Of a DNA stretch of 64,000 nucleotides, positions 1-9,772 are shown one piece after another. The position numbers and the translations under genes were made by a program. Below the pieces are notes generated by a model. The model did no database searches. It saw only the letters and a list, made by a program, of their open reading frames with translations, and had not been told where the DNA came from. Source of the stretch: a virus (Duplodnaviria; Caudoviricetes); IMG/VR virus record IMGVR_UViG_3300024262_000013. The stretch is one strand, 5' to 3'. Numbering within the stretch: the stretch's first letter is position 1; each line of letters opens with the position of its first letter.

Positions 1-1
1 G

Positions 2-340
2 AAGAAAAATGTTGAGAAAAAATTTGATGCTTGTGTTAGTAGTGTTGGTAAAGATTTAAAGGAACATAAGAGAAAAGTTAGGCAAATTGAAGAAAGTATT
101 GTATCTTTGATAAAAAATACCAATAAACCTTCGATGACTAAAAAAGACTTAATTAATATGGTTGAACAGACACCAGGAACTAAAGAAGCCCCAGTAAAAA
201 CACCTACCCGTACTAAACCTGACCGAAAGTCACCATACAAACCTAAACATAAGCCAGCACCTAAAGCTAAGGTGGGGGATACTGATTTACCTGACTTTCT
301 TAAGTTTGATAATCTAAATATATCATTCAAAGATGAGTAA
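2..340 (+). CDS. 5'-truncated hypothetical protein with a Lys/Pro-rich C-terminus
   Basis: Frame 2 is open from base 2 (KKNVEKKFDACV...) into the track ORF 107..340, so the true start lies upstream of the window. Its stop overlaps the next start. Confidence 0.7.
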   Translation, partial: KKNVEKKFDACVSSVGKDLKEHKRKVRQIEESIVSLIKNTNKPSMTKKDLINMVEQTPGTKEAPVKTPTRTKPDRKSPYKPKHKPAPKAKVGDTDLPDFLKFDNLNISFKDE

Positions 341-1604
341 AAAAGTAAGAGAACAAATCGAGTATGATGGACCTGAAAGAATGGACCAAGGAATTCAATC
401 CAAATTAGAGAAAGGCGAAACTCCTATGTCTGATAACCCAGGTTTACCACGAAAAGACGATGATGAACTTGATAATTCTTTTGAACAATTAATTGCCTCC
501 AAAAGGTTTCGTGATGTGATTGAGAAAGTTAAGAGATATACAGGTGTTGACGATGTTACACCTAATCAACTCATGAACTTACAAGGTATGATGATGCAGG
601 CAGTTCAAGATGTTAAACAAATAGAATCGAGTAATGAAGGTTATTTAGAACAATTAGCCGTTAATTTAGTAAAGAAAGAATTATCTATACCTGATGACGC
701 GTTTCAATATGATGTAGAGTTAACTTCTATGCCAGGACAAATAGATATGTCAGGTATGAAGAAAGATTCTGAAGAACCTGAAGATGAAGACGTTATCGAA
801 CAATTTGGAGTAAGTGAAGACCAAGCCGAAGATGATTTAGAAAATTTTATGGCTGCTTTTGAAAAATTTGATTTAGAAAAGGCAAAAAGACGTTTTATTA
901 ATTCATTAATACAAGGAGCGTCTAAAAAGGGACATTACATGTTTCACTTAGTTAAAGAAGAGTTAGAAAAAATAGACCCTAAATTATTAAATCTTTATGG
1001 TGTATTAATGTCGGTAAATGATTTACTATACTGGATATTACCAGATGAGATGGTAATGAAAGCGGCTGAAAGTGGACAGGGAATGGAAGGTAAAGAAGAA
1101 GTTGATGATACAACGGACCCACCCACCATTAGAGCTAAGGGATTATTCTTCCCAATACTTGTACACGAACTTTTAAAGGGTGTTTACGAGGTTTTCGGAA
1201 CTCAGGGGTTACCTGATGACCCTAAAGCCGCAGGAATGGTTATGGCATCCCAAGACACCTTACCTTACGAAATATGGGATTTACGTTTAGGTCCTGTAAT
1301 TTGGGAAAAATTTATGGAATCATATCCTGAAAAATTATATGATGAAGACCTGAGAGAAATACAAAATTATTTATTCTCAAGATTTTCATCTTTAACTACT
1401 GATGAATTTTTTGATGTGGCTAAAATGATTATGTCAGGTTCAAGTGATGGTAAAAAAATTGTATCTAAGATGGTGGATGAGATTATAGATGAATTAAAAT
1501 CTCAAGATTATGAAGATGCAATATCACAGTATGACGATGATGATGACGATGAGGATGATGGTCTTGCGGGTCTTTTAGACGGGTTGGGTATTTCTTTATC
1601 ATAA
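333..1604 (+). CDS. hypothetical protein (423 aa, acidic C-terminus) directly upstream of terminase
   Basis: Long clean ORF co-oriented with the packaging genes; no recognisable family motif. Confidence 0.8.
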   Translation: MSKKVREQIEYDGPERMDQGIQSKLEKGETPMSDNPGLPRKDDDELDNSFEQLIASKRFRDVIEKVKRYTGVDDVTPNQLMNLQGMMMQAVQDVKQIESSNEGYLEQLAVNLVKKELSIPDDAFQYDVELTSMPGQIDMSGMKKDSEEPEDEDVIEQFGVSEDQAEDDLENFMAAFEKFDLEKAKRRFINSLIQGASKKGHYMFHLVKEELEKIDPKLLNLYGVLMSVNDLLYWILPDEMVMKAAESGQGMEGKEEVDDTTDPPTIRAKGLFFPILVHELLKGVYEVFGTQGLPDDPKAAGMVMASQDTLPYEIWDLRLGPVIWEKFMESYPEKLYDEDLREIQNYLFSRFSSLTTDEFFDVAKMIMSGSSDGKKIVSKMVDEIIDELKSQDYEDAISQYDDDDDDEDDGLAGLLDGLGISLS

Positions 1605-1624
1605 AAAAAACTTATTATGTATAG

Positions 1625-3397
1625 ATGGGACTATCAAGAGAGCAGGCTTTATTGGAATACGCGAAGTGTATAAAAGATACCCCTTACGCTTTAAAAACCT
1701 ATTTACAAACTTACGATAACACACAGTCACAGTACGTACCTTTAGAATTATTTTCAGACCAAAAAACCCTTATCAACGACTATGATAATTATGAGGAAAA
1801 TATAGCCTTAAAGTATAGACAGGCAGGTGTTTCAACGGTCACTGCTGCGTGGGCATCTAAAAAAGTAGTTACCGCATCTAAGAAAAAACCCGAAAAAGTA
1901 CTGATTATTGCCAATAAATTAGATACTTCCCAAGAATTCGCTAATAAAGTTAGAAGTTTTATTGACCAATGGCCAACATGGTTTGGTATCTCATATTCTA
2001 ATGAGAAAAATTCACAAAGACATTTTAAGTTGTCAAATGGTTGTGAGGTTAAAGCAGTTGCAACTTCAAAAGATGCCCTTCGTGGGTACACACCAACCAT
2101 ACTTATTTTTGATGAGGCGGCTTTTATCGACGCTGATGATGACTTTTGGTCGGCGTGTATGGCATCTTTGTCTACAGGAGGTAAAGTAATAGTTATATCA
2201 ACACCTAACGGATTTGACCCGATATATTATACAATTTACGACCAAGCCTTAAGAGGTATGAACGATTTTAAAATTACAGAAATGTACTGGTATCGTGACC
2301 CTCGATACTCCAAAGACTTACAACTTATTAAATGTAATGATATTATACACTATATGTTAAATCGTGATGATTATGATGACAATAAAATAATAATTAGATA
2401 CGGAGATATTGACCCTCGTGAAAGGGATTACGAGGATATTAAATTAAAATTAGCAAATGGATACAAAGTTTATTCTCCATGGTTCGAAGGTATGGCTAAA
2501 AAACTTAAATTTGATAGAAGAAAAATCTCACAGGAATTAGAATGTAATTTCTTAGGTTCAGGAGATAACGTGATTCCAAGTAGTACTATTGAGATTATGA
2601 AACAAAACTACATACAGGAACCAAAAAACAAATTTATAGGTGGTTCATTGTGGCAGTGGAAAGAACCAATAGCTAATCATAAATATATAATGGGTATTGA
2701 CGTATCTCGTGGAGATAGTGAAGATTATACCACATTTACCATTATTGATTTTGATACCAGGGAACAAGTTCTTGAATATTTAGGTAAAGTTCCTCCTGAT
2801 GTGGTTGCTGAGATAGCCTTTAAATGGGCAACTATGTATTCTGCATTTGTAGTGATTGATATTACAGGAGGTATGGGAGTGTCAACGTCAAGAAAATTAC
2901 AAGAATTAGGTTATAAAAATTTATATGTTGAAGGTATTAATGCCGCAGATAAATGGAAATATAATGTGAAGTCCATGGAGAAGATTCCGGGGTTAAATTT
3001 CAATAATAAACGTGTACAGATTGTTGCTTCATTTGAGGAGGCATTAAGACATAATTTTGAAATTCGTTCATCAAGACTTTTAAATGAGTTAAATACTTTT
3101 GTCTACGTAAACGGTAGACCTGACCACCAAAAGGGTCAACACGATGATTTAATTATGGCTATAGCTATGGCAATCTATGTTGGTGAGAACTCATTTACAC
3201 AATTAGAAAAAGTTACCAACCAAACTAAAGCCATGATGGAGAGTTGGTTAGTTAATGAGACACCAGTTAAAAACACTTCTAACGATTTTCATCCGAGTTT
3301 ATCGGCATTACCGGGAGGGATACACCACAACATAAACAGTGGACAGGCAACTAAACAAGACTATCAAGATAATTCTTGGTTATTTGGAAAATTTTAA
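1625..3397 (+). CDS. terL: terminase large subunit (T4 gp17-like)
   Basis: ATPase motifs LKYRQAGVST, ILIFDEAAF and VISTPNG; RNase H-like nuclease motifs MGIDVSRGDSED and HDDLIMA; adjacent to the portal gene. Confidence 0.95.
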   Translation: MGLSREQALLEYAKCIKDTPYALKTYLQTYDNTQSQYVPLELFSDQKTLINDYDNYEENIALKYRQAGVSTVTAAWASKKVVTASKKKPEKVLIIANKLDTSQEFANKVRSFIDQWPTWFGISYSNEKNSQRHFKLSNGCEVKAVATSKDALRGYTPTILIFDEAAFIDADDDFWSACMASLSTGGKVIVISTPNGFDPIYYTIYDQALRGMNDFKITEMYWYRDPRYSKDLQLIKCNDIIHYMLNRDDYDDNKIIIRYGDIDPRERDYEDIKLKLANGYKVYSPWFEGMAKKLKFDRRKISQELECNFLGSGDNVIPSSTIEIMKQNYIQEPKNKFIGGSLWQWKEPIANHKYIMGIDVSRGDSEDYTTFTIIDFDTREQVLEYLGKVPPDVVAEIAFKWATMYSAFVVIDITGGMGVSTSRKLQELGYKNLYVEGINAADKWKYNVKSMEKIPGLNFNNKRVQIVASFEEALRHNFEIRSSRLLNELNTFVYVNGRPDHQKGQHDDLIMAIAMAIYVGENSFTQLEKVTNQTKAMMESWLVNETPVKNTSNDFHPSLSALPGGIHHNINSGQATKQDYQDNSWLFGKF

Positions 3398-3425
3398 ATG
3401 TTTAGTTTAATTCAAATAATGTTAC

Positions 3426-3432
3426 TATTTAT
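3426..3432 (+). promoter_or_regulatory. TATTTAT putative late-promoter motif (portal)
   Basis: Lies 12 nt before the ATG at 3445; the same motif recurs before about 20 virion-associated genes. Confidence 0.6.
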
Positions 3433-3444
3433 GTAAAAAGAAGT

Positions 3445-5307
3445 ATGGCAGAAAATTATACTATATGGCAAAGACTTACTAAGGTGTTTGGTCCTGACTC
3501 AACGTTAGACCAACAAGCCCCGGTATTTCAGTTTGATAAAAAAGAACTTTTAAAGACTCCTGATAAGAAAGAGTATGAGAGAGAGAAACTTCAAGCCCAA
3601 CAAACTCTTTATCTTGGTCAACAATGGCAAAAAATTGAGAATAACTTATACACTCAAGCGGTATATTACGAACCAACTAGATTAGCTTCATTTTATGATT
3701 ATGAGAGTATGGAATATACTCCTGAAATATCTGCAGCCTTAGATATCTACGGTGAAGAATCAACAACCGTGAACGAAGATGGGCATATACTACAGATATA
3801 TTCTGAAAGTAAGAGGATTAAATCAATTCTTGGTGACTTATTTAACAATAGACTCGACATTAGTACTAACCTACCTATGTGGACAAGAAATACTTGTAAA
3901 TACGGCGATAACTTTGTTTACCTTAAGTTAGACCCTGAAAAGGGAGTTATGGGTGTACAACAACTACCTAACATTGAAATCACTCGTCAAGAACGAGGAA
4001 TGAAAATGAAACCAGAACGTAACAGTGTCGATAGTGAGAATGATGCTCTTAAATTTTTATGGCAAAATAAAGATATGGTACTGAATACTTGGGAAATGGC
4101 TCACTTTAGATTATTAGGTGATGACCGTAAATTACCTTATGGTACCTCTATGTTAGAAAAGGCCAGGAGAATATGGAAACAACTAATATTATCTGAAGAC
4201 GCTATGTTAGTTTACCGAACATCAAGGGCTCCCGAAAGAAGAGTCTTTAAAGTTTTTGTTGGTAATATGGATGACAAAGACGTTGAACCGTATGTACAAA
4301 GAGTGGCAAATAAATTTAAAAGAGACCAAGTAGTCGATTCTACAAATGGTAATGTTGATTTAAGGTATAATCAAATGGCGGTTGACCAAGATTATTTTAT
4401 ACCTGTTCGTGATGCTAACGCTCCGAATCCAATAGATACTTTACCAGGTGCACAAAATTTATCTGAAATCGCGGATATTGAGTATATTCAGAAAAAATTA
4501 TTAACCGCTCTTAGAGTACCTAAGGCATTCTTAGGGTTTGAAGAAGTAGTCGGTGACGGTAAAAATTTAGCATTACAAGATATTAGATTCGCTCGTACAA
4601 TCAATAGAATTCAAAAATCTATGATTCAAGAATTAAATAAGATAGCAATCATTCATTTATACTTATTAGGTTTTGAAGATGAATTAAATAACTTTACATT
4701 AGGTTTAACTAACCCATCAACACAAGCTGATTTACTTAAGGTGGAGCAATGGCAACAAAAAGTAGCTCTTTATCGTGACGCGGTATCTGACCCAGGAAAT
4801 GGGATTCAACCAGTATCTTCTTCATGGGCTAAGAAACATATTTTAGGTTTTTCAGATGAAGAAATTAAACTTGATTTACAACAACAAAGAATTGAAAAGG
4901 CGGTTGGAGCCGAATTAGAGAAAACTTCTGAAACAATTAGTAAGACAGGTATATTTGCAAATATCGATAAGTTATACGGCGACAAACCTGGTGAAGGTGG
5001 AGCACCTGAAGGTGAAGTAACTGAACCGTCAGACACAGGATTTGGTTCCGATGGAGGTGGTAGTGATTTTGGAGGTGACTTAGGTAGCGACTTAGGTAGC
5101 GACTTAGGTAGTGACTTAGGTGATACCGGTGGAGATACCGGTGGAGATACCGGTGGAGAGGTAACACCTGAAGGTATTAATGAAAAAGACTTAAATATGA
5201 TATTAGAAAATGATATGGTAACGGGTATTTCTGAAATAGATTTATCAAAAGGTAGAGTATCTTTAGGTAAAATCGAAGATGAACTAAGAACATTACTAGA
5301 TAGTTAA
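3445..5307 (+). CDS. gp20: portal protein (T4 gp20-like)
   Basis: SMLEKARRIWKQLILSEDAMLVYRTSRAPERRVFKVFVGNM and EDYF-like QDYFIPVR match the gp20 core; gene order is terL-portal. Confidence 0.95.
   Translation: MAENYTIWQRLTKVFGPDSTLDQQAPVFQFDKKELLKTPDKKEYEREKLQAQQTLYLGQQWQKIENNLYTQAVYYEPTRLASFYDYESMEYTPEISAALDIYGEESTTVNEDGHILQIYSESKRIKSILGDLFNNRLDISTNLPMWTRNTCKYGDNFVYLKLDPEKGVMGVQQLPNIEITRQERGMKMKPERNSVDSENDALKFLWQNKDMVLNTWEMAHFRLLGDDRKLPYGTSMLEKARRIWKQLILSEDAMLVYRTSRAPERRVFKVFVGNMDDKDVEPYVQRVANKFKRDQVVDSTNGNVDLRYNQMAVDQDYFIPVRDANAPNPIDTLPGAQNLSEIADIEYIQKKLLTALRVPKAFLGFEEVVGDGKNLALQDIRFARTINRIQKSMIQELNKIAIIHLYLLGFEDELNNFTLGLTNPSTQADLLKVEQWQQKVALYRDAVSDPGNGIQPVSSSWAKKHILGFSDEEIKLDLQQQRIEKAVGAELEKTSETISKTGIFANIDKLYGDKPGEGGAPEGEVTEPSDTGFGSDGGGSDFGGDLGSDLGSDLGSDLGDTGGDTGGDTGGEVTPEGINEKDLNMILENDMVTGISEIDLSKGRVSLGKIEDELRTLLDS
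5077..5157 (+). repeat. two adjacent 12-nt tandem repeats in the portal C-terminus
   Basis: GACTTAGGTAGY about 3.75 copies (5077-5121), then GATACCGGTGGA 3 copies (5122-5157), encoding (DLGS)n(DTGG)n. Confidence 0.9.
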
Positions 5308-5327
5308 TATTTATAATAAAAACAGTT

Positions 5328-6062
5328 ATGGATAAATTCGGACAAATAAAATCAAATATAGAATCTTTAATGACTAAGTCATATGGTAAAAATTCGTTTA
5401 AAACCAATATAAGGTCATTTAAAAGCCATATTATTAAAAACGAAAAACTTGCTGAAGCGTATTTTTTATATGATGAACTTTCTAAAAAGAAAGGTCTCTC
5501 AAAAGACATCGTAGATGATTATGTAAATGAATGTATTGAGAAAATAAAAGATATACTAACAACTGAATCCACTAAACTTAAAGAAGTTAATATGTGGGTT
5601 TCTGAAAGCTTAGAAAAAGAAACAATTAATCAATACTCGGATATTGATACTGTTGTTTATATTAATTCGGTAAGAAAACTTGAGGAAGTTTTAGAATGTA
5701 AAAATAACATAAAAAAGATATTAGGTGAGAATAAAGAAGTTTTAAACGTAACTGAATCGATTAACATTCCTTTAAGTTCTATGTTAAAAATTGCAACTAA
5801 CACTTTTAATCGTGAGTATGGTGACATTAGTGAAGAAGAAAAAAAAGAATTAAAAAATCTTTTATCATTGTCTAAAACTGAATTAACTGAAGAAATAACT
5901 ATTTCTAAAGGTGTTGTATTAAAAAAGTTAACTGAAAAAGTTAATGAATCGAACGATGAGGATTTAAATAATAGAGTTAATGAAACCATTAATAGGATTA
6001 ATGAGTCCGAAATATCTTTAACCTCTTTATATAAATTAAGACAATTAGAGCAAGGGTTATAA
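5328..6062 (+). CDS. hypothetical head-module protein (244 aa)
   Basis: ORF follows portal; TATTTATA at 5308; many [ILV]-x-E sites (VTES, LTEE, VNES, INES). Confidence 0.8.
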   Translation: MDKFGQIKSNIESLMTKSYGKNSFKTNIRSFKSHIIKNEKLAEAYFLYDELSKKKGLSKDIVDDYVNECIEKIKDILTTESTKLKEVNMWVSESLEKETINQYSDIDTVVYINSVRKLEEVLECKNNIKKILGENKEVLNVTESINIPLSSMLKIATNTFNREYGDISEEEKKELKNLLSLSKTELTEEITISKGVVLKKLTEKVNESNDEDLNNRVNETINRINESEISLTSLYKLRQLEQGL

Positions 6063-6087
6063 CCCTACATAACATATAAAATAAAAA

Positions 6088-6120
6088 AAAGGGTTCAGTT
6101 TTCTGAATCCTTTATTTTTT
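6088..6120. terminator. bidirectional intrinsic terminator overlapping the bS21 stop codon
   Basis: Stem AAAGGGTTCAG / CTGAATCCTTT with a TTTT loop, an A-tract on the left and a T-tract on the right, between convergent genes. Confidence 0.7.
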
Positions 6121-6286
6121 GTATATAAATTGCTTTTTGTTTCTCTTTTCTTCTCTTAGTGGACTTTTTAGTGTACTCTTTTTGCTCACGAAGTCTATTT
6201 AACTGTTTAGTTTTATAAACTTTATTTTTCCACCTTTTAAGTGCTCTATCGATATTTTCTTTACTACCTATTTTAATTATAATCAT
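6095..6286 (-). CDS. rpsU: 30S ribosomal protein bS21 (phage-encoded)
   Basis: 63 aa basic protein with ENIDRALKRWKNK, LREQKEYTKKSTKRR and KAIY, the bS21 pattern of Flavobacteriia type. Confidence 0.92.
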   Translation of the reverse strand: MIIIKIGSKENIDRALKRWKNKVYKTKQLNRLREQKEYTKKSTKRRKEKQKAIYIQKIKDSEN

Positions 6287-6301
6287 ATATTACTTATTAT
6301 A

Positions 6302-6308
6302 ATAAATA
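6302..6308 (-). promoter_or_regulatory. TATTTAT putative late-promoter motif (bS21)
   Basis: ATAAATA on the + strand, 15 nt upstream of the bS21 ATG. Confidence 0.55.
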
Positions 6309-6326
6309 GATTCACTTTATCAATAT

Positions 6327-6358
6327 TTTGACTACCGACCTTTTTATGGTTATATTTT
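6327..6358 (+). promoter_or_regulatory. host-sigma-type promoter candidate
   Basis: TTTG-N20-TATATTTT, one mismatch to the Bacteroidota -33/-7 consensus TTTG...TAnnTTTG. Confidence 0.5.
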
Positions 6359-6394
6359 CGTAGAACAAATAAACAATAGATATTATGAATTTAT

Positions 6395-6832
6395 ATGAAA
6401 AAAGGAAAAACATCCCAGTTATCGGGATACAAAAACGCAAAGTGTAGTTATGGTACAGTAGACGCAAAAAAATTAAAATCGGTTTATATCCTAATACAGA
6501 GTTGGGTAGAACCAGTGGTTAATGTAGACAATTGGTCACGAACCACAGGAATGTTAGAAAGAAATATTAAACATCATTTATTAGAGGTAGTTGACCCACT
6601 AATATTTGAAAAACACAATATAGTTGATTTAGATTTAAGGAGTAGTGGTATACAATTAGGTAAAAGAAGTTTTATGAATTTGGAAGTAACTTTATTTGTA
6701 AAAGAAGAATTAGACTTTAAATCTATCATATTAAGAGATAGAGTAAAACAAATAGTAAATACACTTTATGGGTATCCATTAATGAAATCTAAACATTTCA
6801 TATTACATAAAACTAAAAAACAAACAGTTTAA
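6395..6832 (+). CDS. hypothetical protein (145 aa)
   Basis: Clean ORF divergent from bS21, behind a host-type promoter. Confidence 0.75.
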   Translation: MKKGKTSQLSGYKNAKCSYGTVDAKKLKSVYILIQSWVEPVVNVDNWSRTTGMLERNIKHHLLEVVDPLIFEKHNIVDLDLRSSGIQLGKRSFMNLEVTLFVKEELDFKSIILRDRVKQIVNTLYGYPLMKSKHFILHKTKKQTV

Positions 6833-6855
6833 ACTATTTATAGTAAAACTATTAA

Positions 6856-7242
6856 ATGGAAGTTATAATTAATGAAAGTCAGATGTTAAGGTTATTTGAA
6901 GTTAACACTACTTTAGATAACCTTAATAACCTTATAGACCCTAAAAAATTTATATATGAATTTGGTTATAAGGATAGCTTTATTGAACCGAGTAGTGTTA
7001 TGTTAGAAGGTAATATTGAAGATGAAGATATAGGTGTTCGAGTCACTATTGGTAAAGTAGTGTATAACGGACAAGATGTTACTGAGTTTGCAAATAACTA
7101 TGTTTTTTTCTCAGGAGACGGTGACGACTCTAACTTTACATTAGAATATAAGGTATTTATTAGTGATAAAATAAATCAGTTATTGAGGGTAACTCCAATT
7201 AAAATAAGTGAGTGGGACGTTTATATTGGTATTGAATACTAA
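6856..7242 (+). CDS. hypothetical protein with a MEVIINESQMLRLFE leader (candidate internal head protein)
   Basis: TATTTATA at 6835; N-terminal leader with INE and LFE sites. Confidence 0.7.
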   Translation: MEVIINESQMLRLFEVNTTLDNLNNLIDPKKFIYEFGYKDSFIEPSSVMLEGNIEDEDIGVRVTIGKVVYNGQDVTEFANNYVFFSGDGDDSNFTLEYKVFISDKINQLLRVTPIKISEWDVYIGIEY

Positions 7243-7270
7243 ACGTGACATATTTATAAAATAAAAAGAT

Positions 7271-7993
7271 ATGAAGATATTAGGACCAAATGATACGGGT
7301 AAAGGAATTTTAATTGAATGGGACGCTGGATTTATTAACCCAAACGATAGACGTAACGCCGATGTAATAAAAGAATCATATGGTCAATTAGACCATTCTA
7401 AACCTTTTGAGTTTTACGCAGTATTACAAAAATACGACACACCAAATAGAAACGGTAGAATATATCCTGAAAAGATATTAAGAAGAGAAGGTGAAAAATA
7501 CCAAGAAGCGATAAAGAAAGGGTTATCTATTTCAGAACTTAATCACCCTGAATCATCATTAATTGATTTAGACCGTGTATCGCATTTAATTACTGAAATG
7601 TGGTGGGAAGGTAATGTATTAATGGGTAAGATAAAGTTATTAACTTCTCCAGGGTTTCATCAGACAGGTGTAGTTTCATGTCCCGGTGACCAAGCTGCAA
7701 ATCTTATGAGACAAGGTGTGACAATGGGGGTTTCCTCTCGTGGTGTCGGTTCATTAGTGAAAAAAGGTGATAGGAACGAAGTACAGGAGGATTTTGAACT
7801 AATTTGTTTTGACTTAGTTTCATCTCCATCGACACCAGGAGCTTACTTATTCTTGAATCAAGATGATAAAATGAAGTATGATGAAAACATTGAAGAAGAA
7901 ACTAAATTAAGAAGTGCTGAAGGTGAACCTGAAAAAGGTTTAGAAAAATCACTTGACTTAATGAAGAAATTAACCGATTATTTAGGATATTAA
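7271..7993 (+). CDS. gp21: prohead maturation protease (T4 gp21-like)
   Basis: ELNHP, GVSSRGVGS and FDLVSSPSTPGA motifs; lies upstream of scaffold and capsid genes. Confidence 0.93.
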   Translation: MKILGPNDTGKGILIEWDAGFINPNDRRNADVIKESYGQLDHSKPFEFYAVLQKYDTPNRNGRIYPEKILRREGEKYQEAIKKGLSISELNHPESSLIDLDRVSHLITEMWWEGNVLMGKIKLLTSPGFHQTGVVSCPGDQAANLMRQGVTMGVSSRGVGSLVKKGDRNEVQEDFELICFDLVSSPSTPGAYLFLNQDDKMKYDENIEEETKLRSAEGEPEKGLEKSLDLMKKLTDYLGY

Positions 7994-8017
7994 TTAATAA
8001 CTAAGAAAAAAAGTAAA

Positions 8018-8227
8018 ATGGAAGAAAAGTATTTTGTCGCAAAAATTCAGTATGACTTACCTGATGAACATTCAGGTAAAATCAAAAAAATTAGAGAAGA
8101 AAAATTAGTAAAAGGTTTCAACGTAACAGATGTTGAGGCTAAAGTTACTAAATCGTTTGAAGGATTCACACATGATTGGAGAATATCCGCATGTGTTGAA
8201 AGTAAAATTGATGAGGTAATCGAGTAG
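8018..8227 (+). CDS. small protein resembling DUF4494
   Basis: YFVAKIQY...KKIREEKLVKGFNVTDVEAKV resembles the N-terminal pattern of the Bacteroidota-associated DUF4494 family (recalled pattern, not searched). Confidence 0.55.
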   Translation: MEEKYFVAKIQYDLPDEHSGKIKKIREEKLVKGFNVTDVEAKVTKSFEGFTHDWRISACVESKIDEVIE

Positions 8228-8252
8228 CCTCGACACACATAATATAATTTAT

Positions 8253-8280
8253 AAATCGGGATAATACCCGATTTTTTTTT
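8253..8280 (+). terminator. intrinsic terminator
   Basis: Stem AAATCGGG / CCCGATTT with a 6-nt loop, followed by a long T-tract. Confidence 0.8.
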
Positions 8281-8367
8281 GCCTATTGTTTCCTAAATGG
8301 ATTTTTTTTTAATTTCGGCATATTTATAATAGAAACTATAAATAAACATTTTGCAAAAAAAACTATA

Positions 8368-9747
8368 ATGAAACAAAAAAAACAAAACTTAGTTGAAGAA
8401 GCGCTATTACAAATGGAGAATTTGAAAGAAGCCGTTACGGAGAATGCAAAAGGAATACTTGCTTCTACTATGAAGGAAGAAATCAGTGAATTAGTAAAAG
8501 AATCTCTAAATAATGAAGAGATTGAAGACGAAGTGTCTGTTGATGCAATGGAAGGTCAAGAAATTGAAAAAGGTGTAAAACACGAAACAAAAGAACAAGA
8601 CGAACTTGACATTGAAGACGACATGGAACTAGACGATGAAATGGAAATCGAAGACGAATCCGATGAGGATGAAGATGAGATTGAAATTGATTCTGATGAA
8701 ATGCTTATGATGGATTTACCAGGTGATGAGTTAGAAGTGGATGATGAAGAAGAAATTCTTTTACCGCTTGACTTAACAGGTGCATCTGACGAAGAAATCC
8801 TTAAGGTCTTTAAAGCTATGGGTGAAGAAGACGGAATCGTTGTTACAAAAGACGGTGACGAAATCACACTTAAAGATGATGAGGCTGATGTTGAATATCA
8901 AATTCAAATGGAGGAATTCGGAGGTAAGAAAGGTGACAATTCAAAATCACATGAGGACTACGAAGAATCTAACGAAGGAGACGAAGTAGTTTATGAAATT
9001 GAACTTGGTGAAGAAGACGATGAAGAGTACGACCACTATCACGGTGCGGAAGAAGACGACGCGGCACATATCGAAGACTTAGAAGACGATATGGAAGATG
9101 ACGCTGAGAAAACTGAAGCTAAGGAGAATTGGGGTTCTAAGAAACACGAATACAGACGTAAGGATGTAAACGGCGTTGAAAAGAAAGCTGGTGAAGGTAA
9201 AGGTGGACACTTTAAAGATTACGAAGGAGAGGCTACAGAAGGTATGACGAGAAGTCACGCTTCGGGACAAAAAGCTTCATCTGACAAATCTAAAGGTTTA
9301 TCAAGACCGGGAGCTATTCCTAATAGAGCAAGGTACAATGAATCTGCACTTGAGAAAGAAGTAAAACAATTAAGAGAAAAGAATGGTGAGTACCGTAAGG
9401 CACTTAACATCTTTAAAGAAAAACTTAATGAAGTTGCTGTTTTCAACTCAAATCTAGCATATGCAACTCGACTGTTTACTGAGCATTCGACAACAAAACA
9501 AGAAAAAATAAACATTTTAAGACGTTTTGACTCTGCGGAAACAATCAAAGAATCAAAAAGTCTTTATAAGACAGTAAGAGAAGATTTAGAATCGAAAGGA
9601 AATTCTTCAGTTGTAACTGAATCAGTTGCATCTAAAGTACAAAAATCACCATCTAAAGGTTCTGCTACTAATCTTATCGAAAGTAAAACTTATGAAAATC
9701 CTCAATTTATGAGAATGAAGGATTTAATGAGTAAACTTCAAAAATAA
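8368..9747 (+). CDS. prohead core scaffold protein (T4 gp22-like position)
   Basis: Very acidic, coiled-coil C-terminus, many [ILV]-x-E sites; lies between protease and capsid genes; TATTTATA at 8321. Confidence 0.8.
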   Translation: MKQKKQNLVEEALLQMENLKEAVTENAKGILASTMKEEISELVKESLNNEEIEDEVSVDAMEGQEIEKGVKHETKEQDELDIEDDMELDDEMEIEDESDEDEDEIEIDSDEMLMMDLPGDELEVDDEEEILLPLDLTGASDEEILKVFKAMGEEDGIVVTKDGDEITLKDDEADVEYQIQMEEFGGKKGDNSKSHEDYEESNEGDEVVYEIELGEEDDEEYDHYHGAEEDDAAHIEDLEDDMEDDAEKTEAKENWGSKKHEYRRKDVNGVEKKAGEGKGGHFKDYEGEATEGMTRSHASGQKASSDKSKGLSRPGAIPNRARYNESALEKEVKQLREKNGEYRKALNIFKEKLNEVAVFNSNLAYATRLFTEHSTTKQEKINILRRFDSAETIKESKSLYKTVREDLESKGNSSVVTESVASKVQKSPSKGSATNLIESKTYENPQFMRMKDLMSKLQK

Positions 9748-9772
9748 AATTAATTAAAAAACAAATACTAAA

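Noticed and set aside
1805-1845. Terminase Walker A lacking the canonical GKT (RQAGVST)
   Set aside because: The K-x-R-Q-x-G-x-S-T variant is common in large terminases; it is not evidence of inactivation or novelty.
4806-5167. Repetitive antisense ORFs (HRYL/SRYL repeats) opposite the portal tail
   Set aside because: They are shadows of the 12-nt repeats on the coding strand, with no independent start context.
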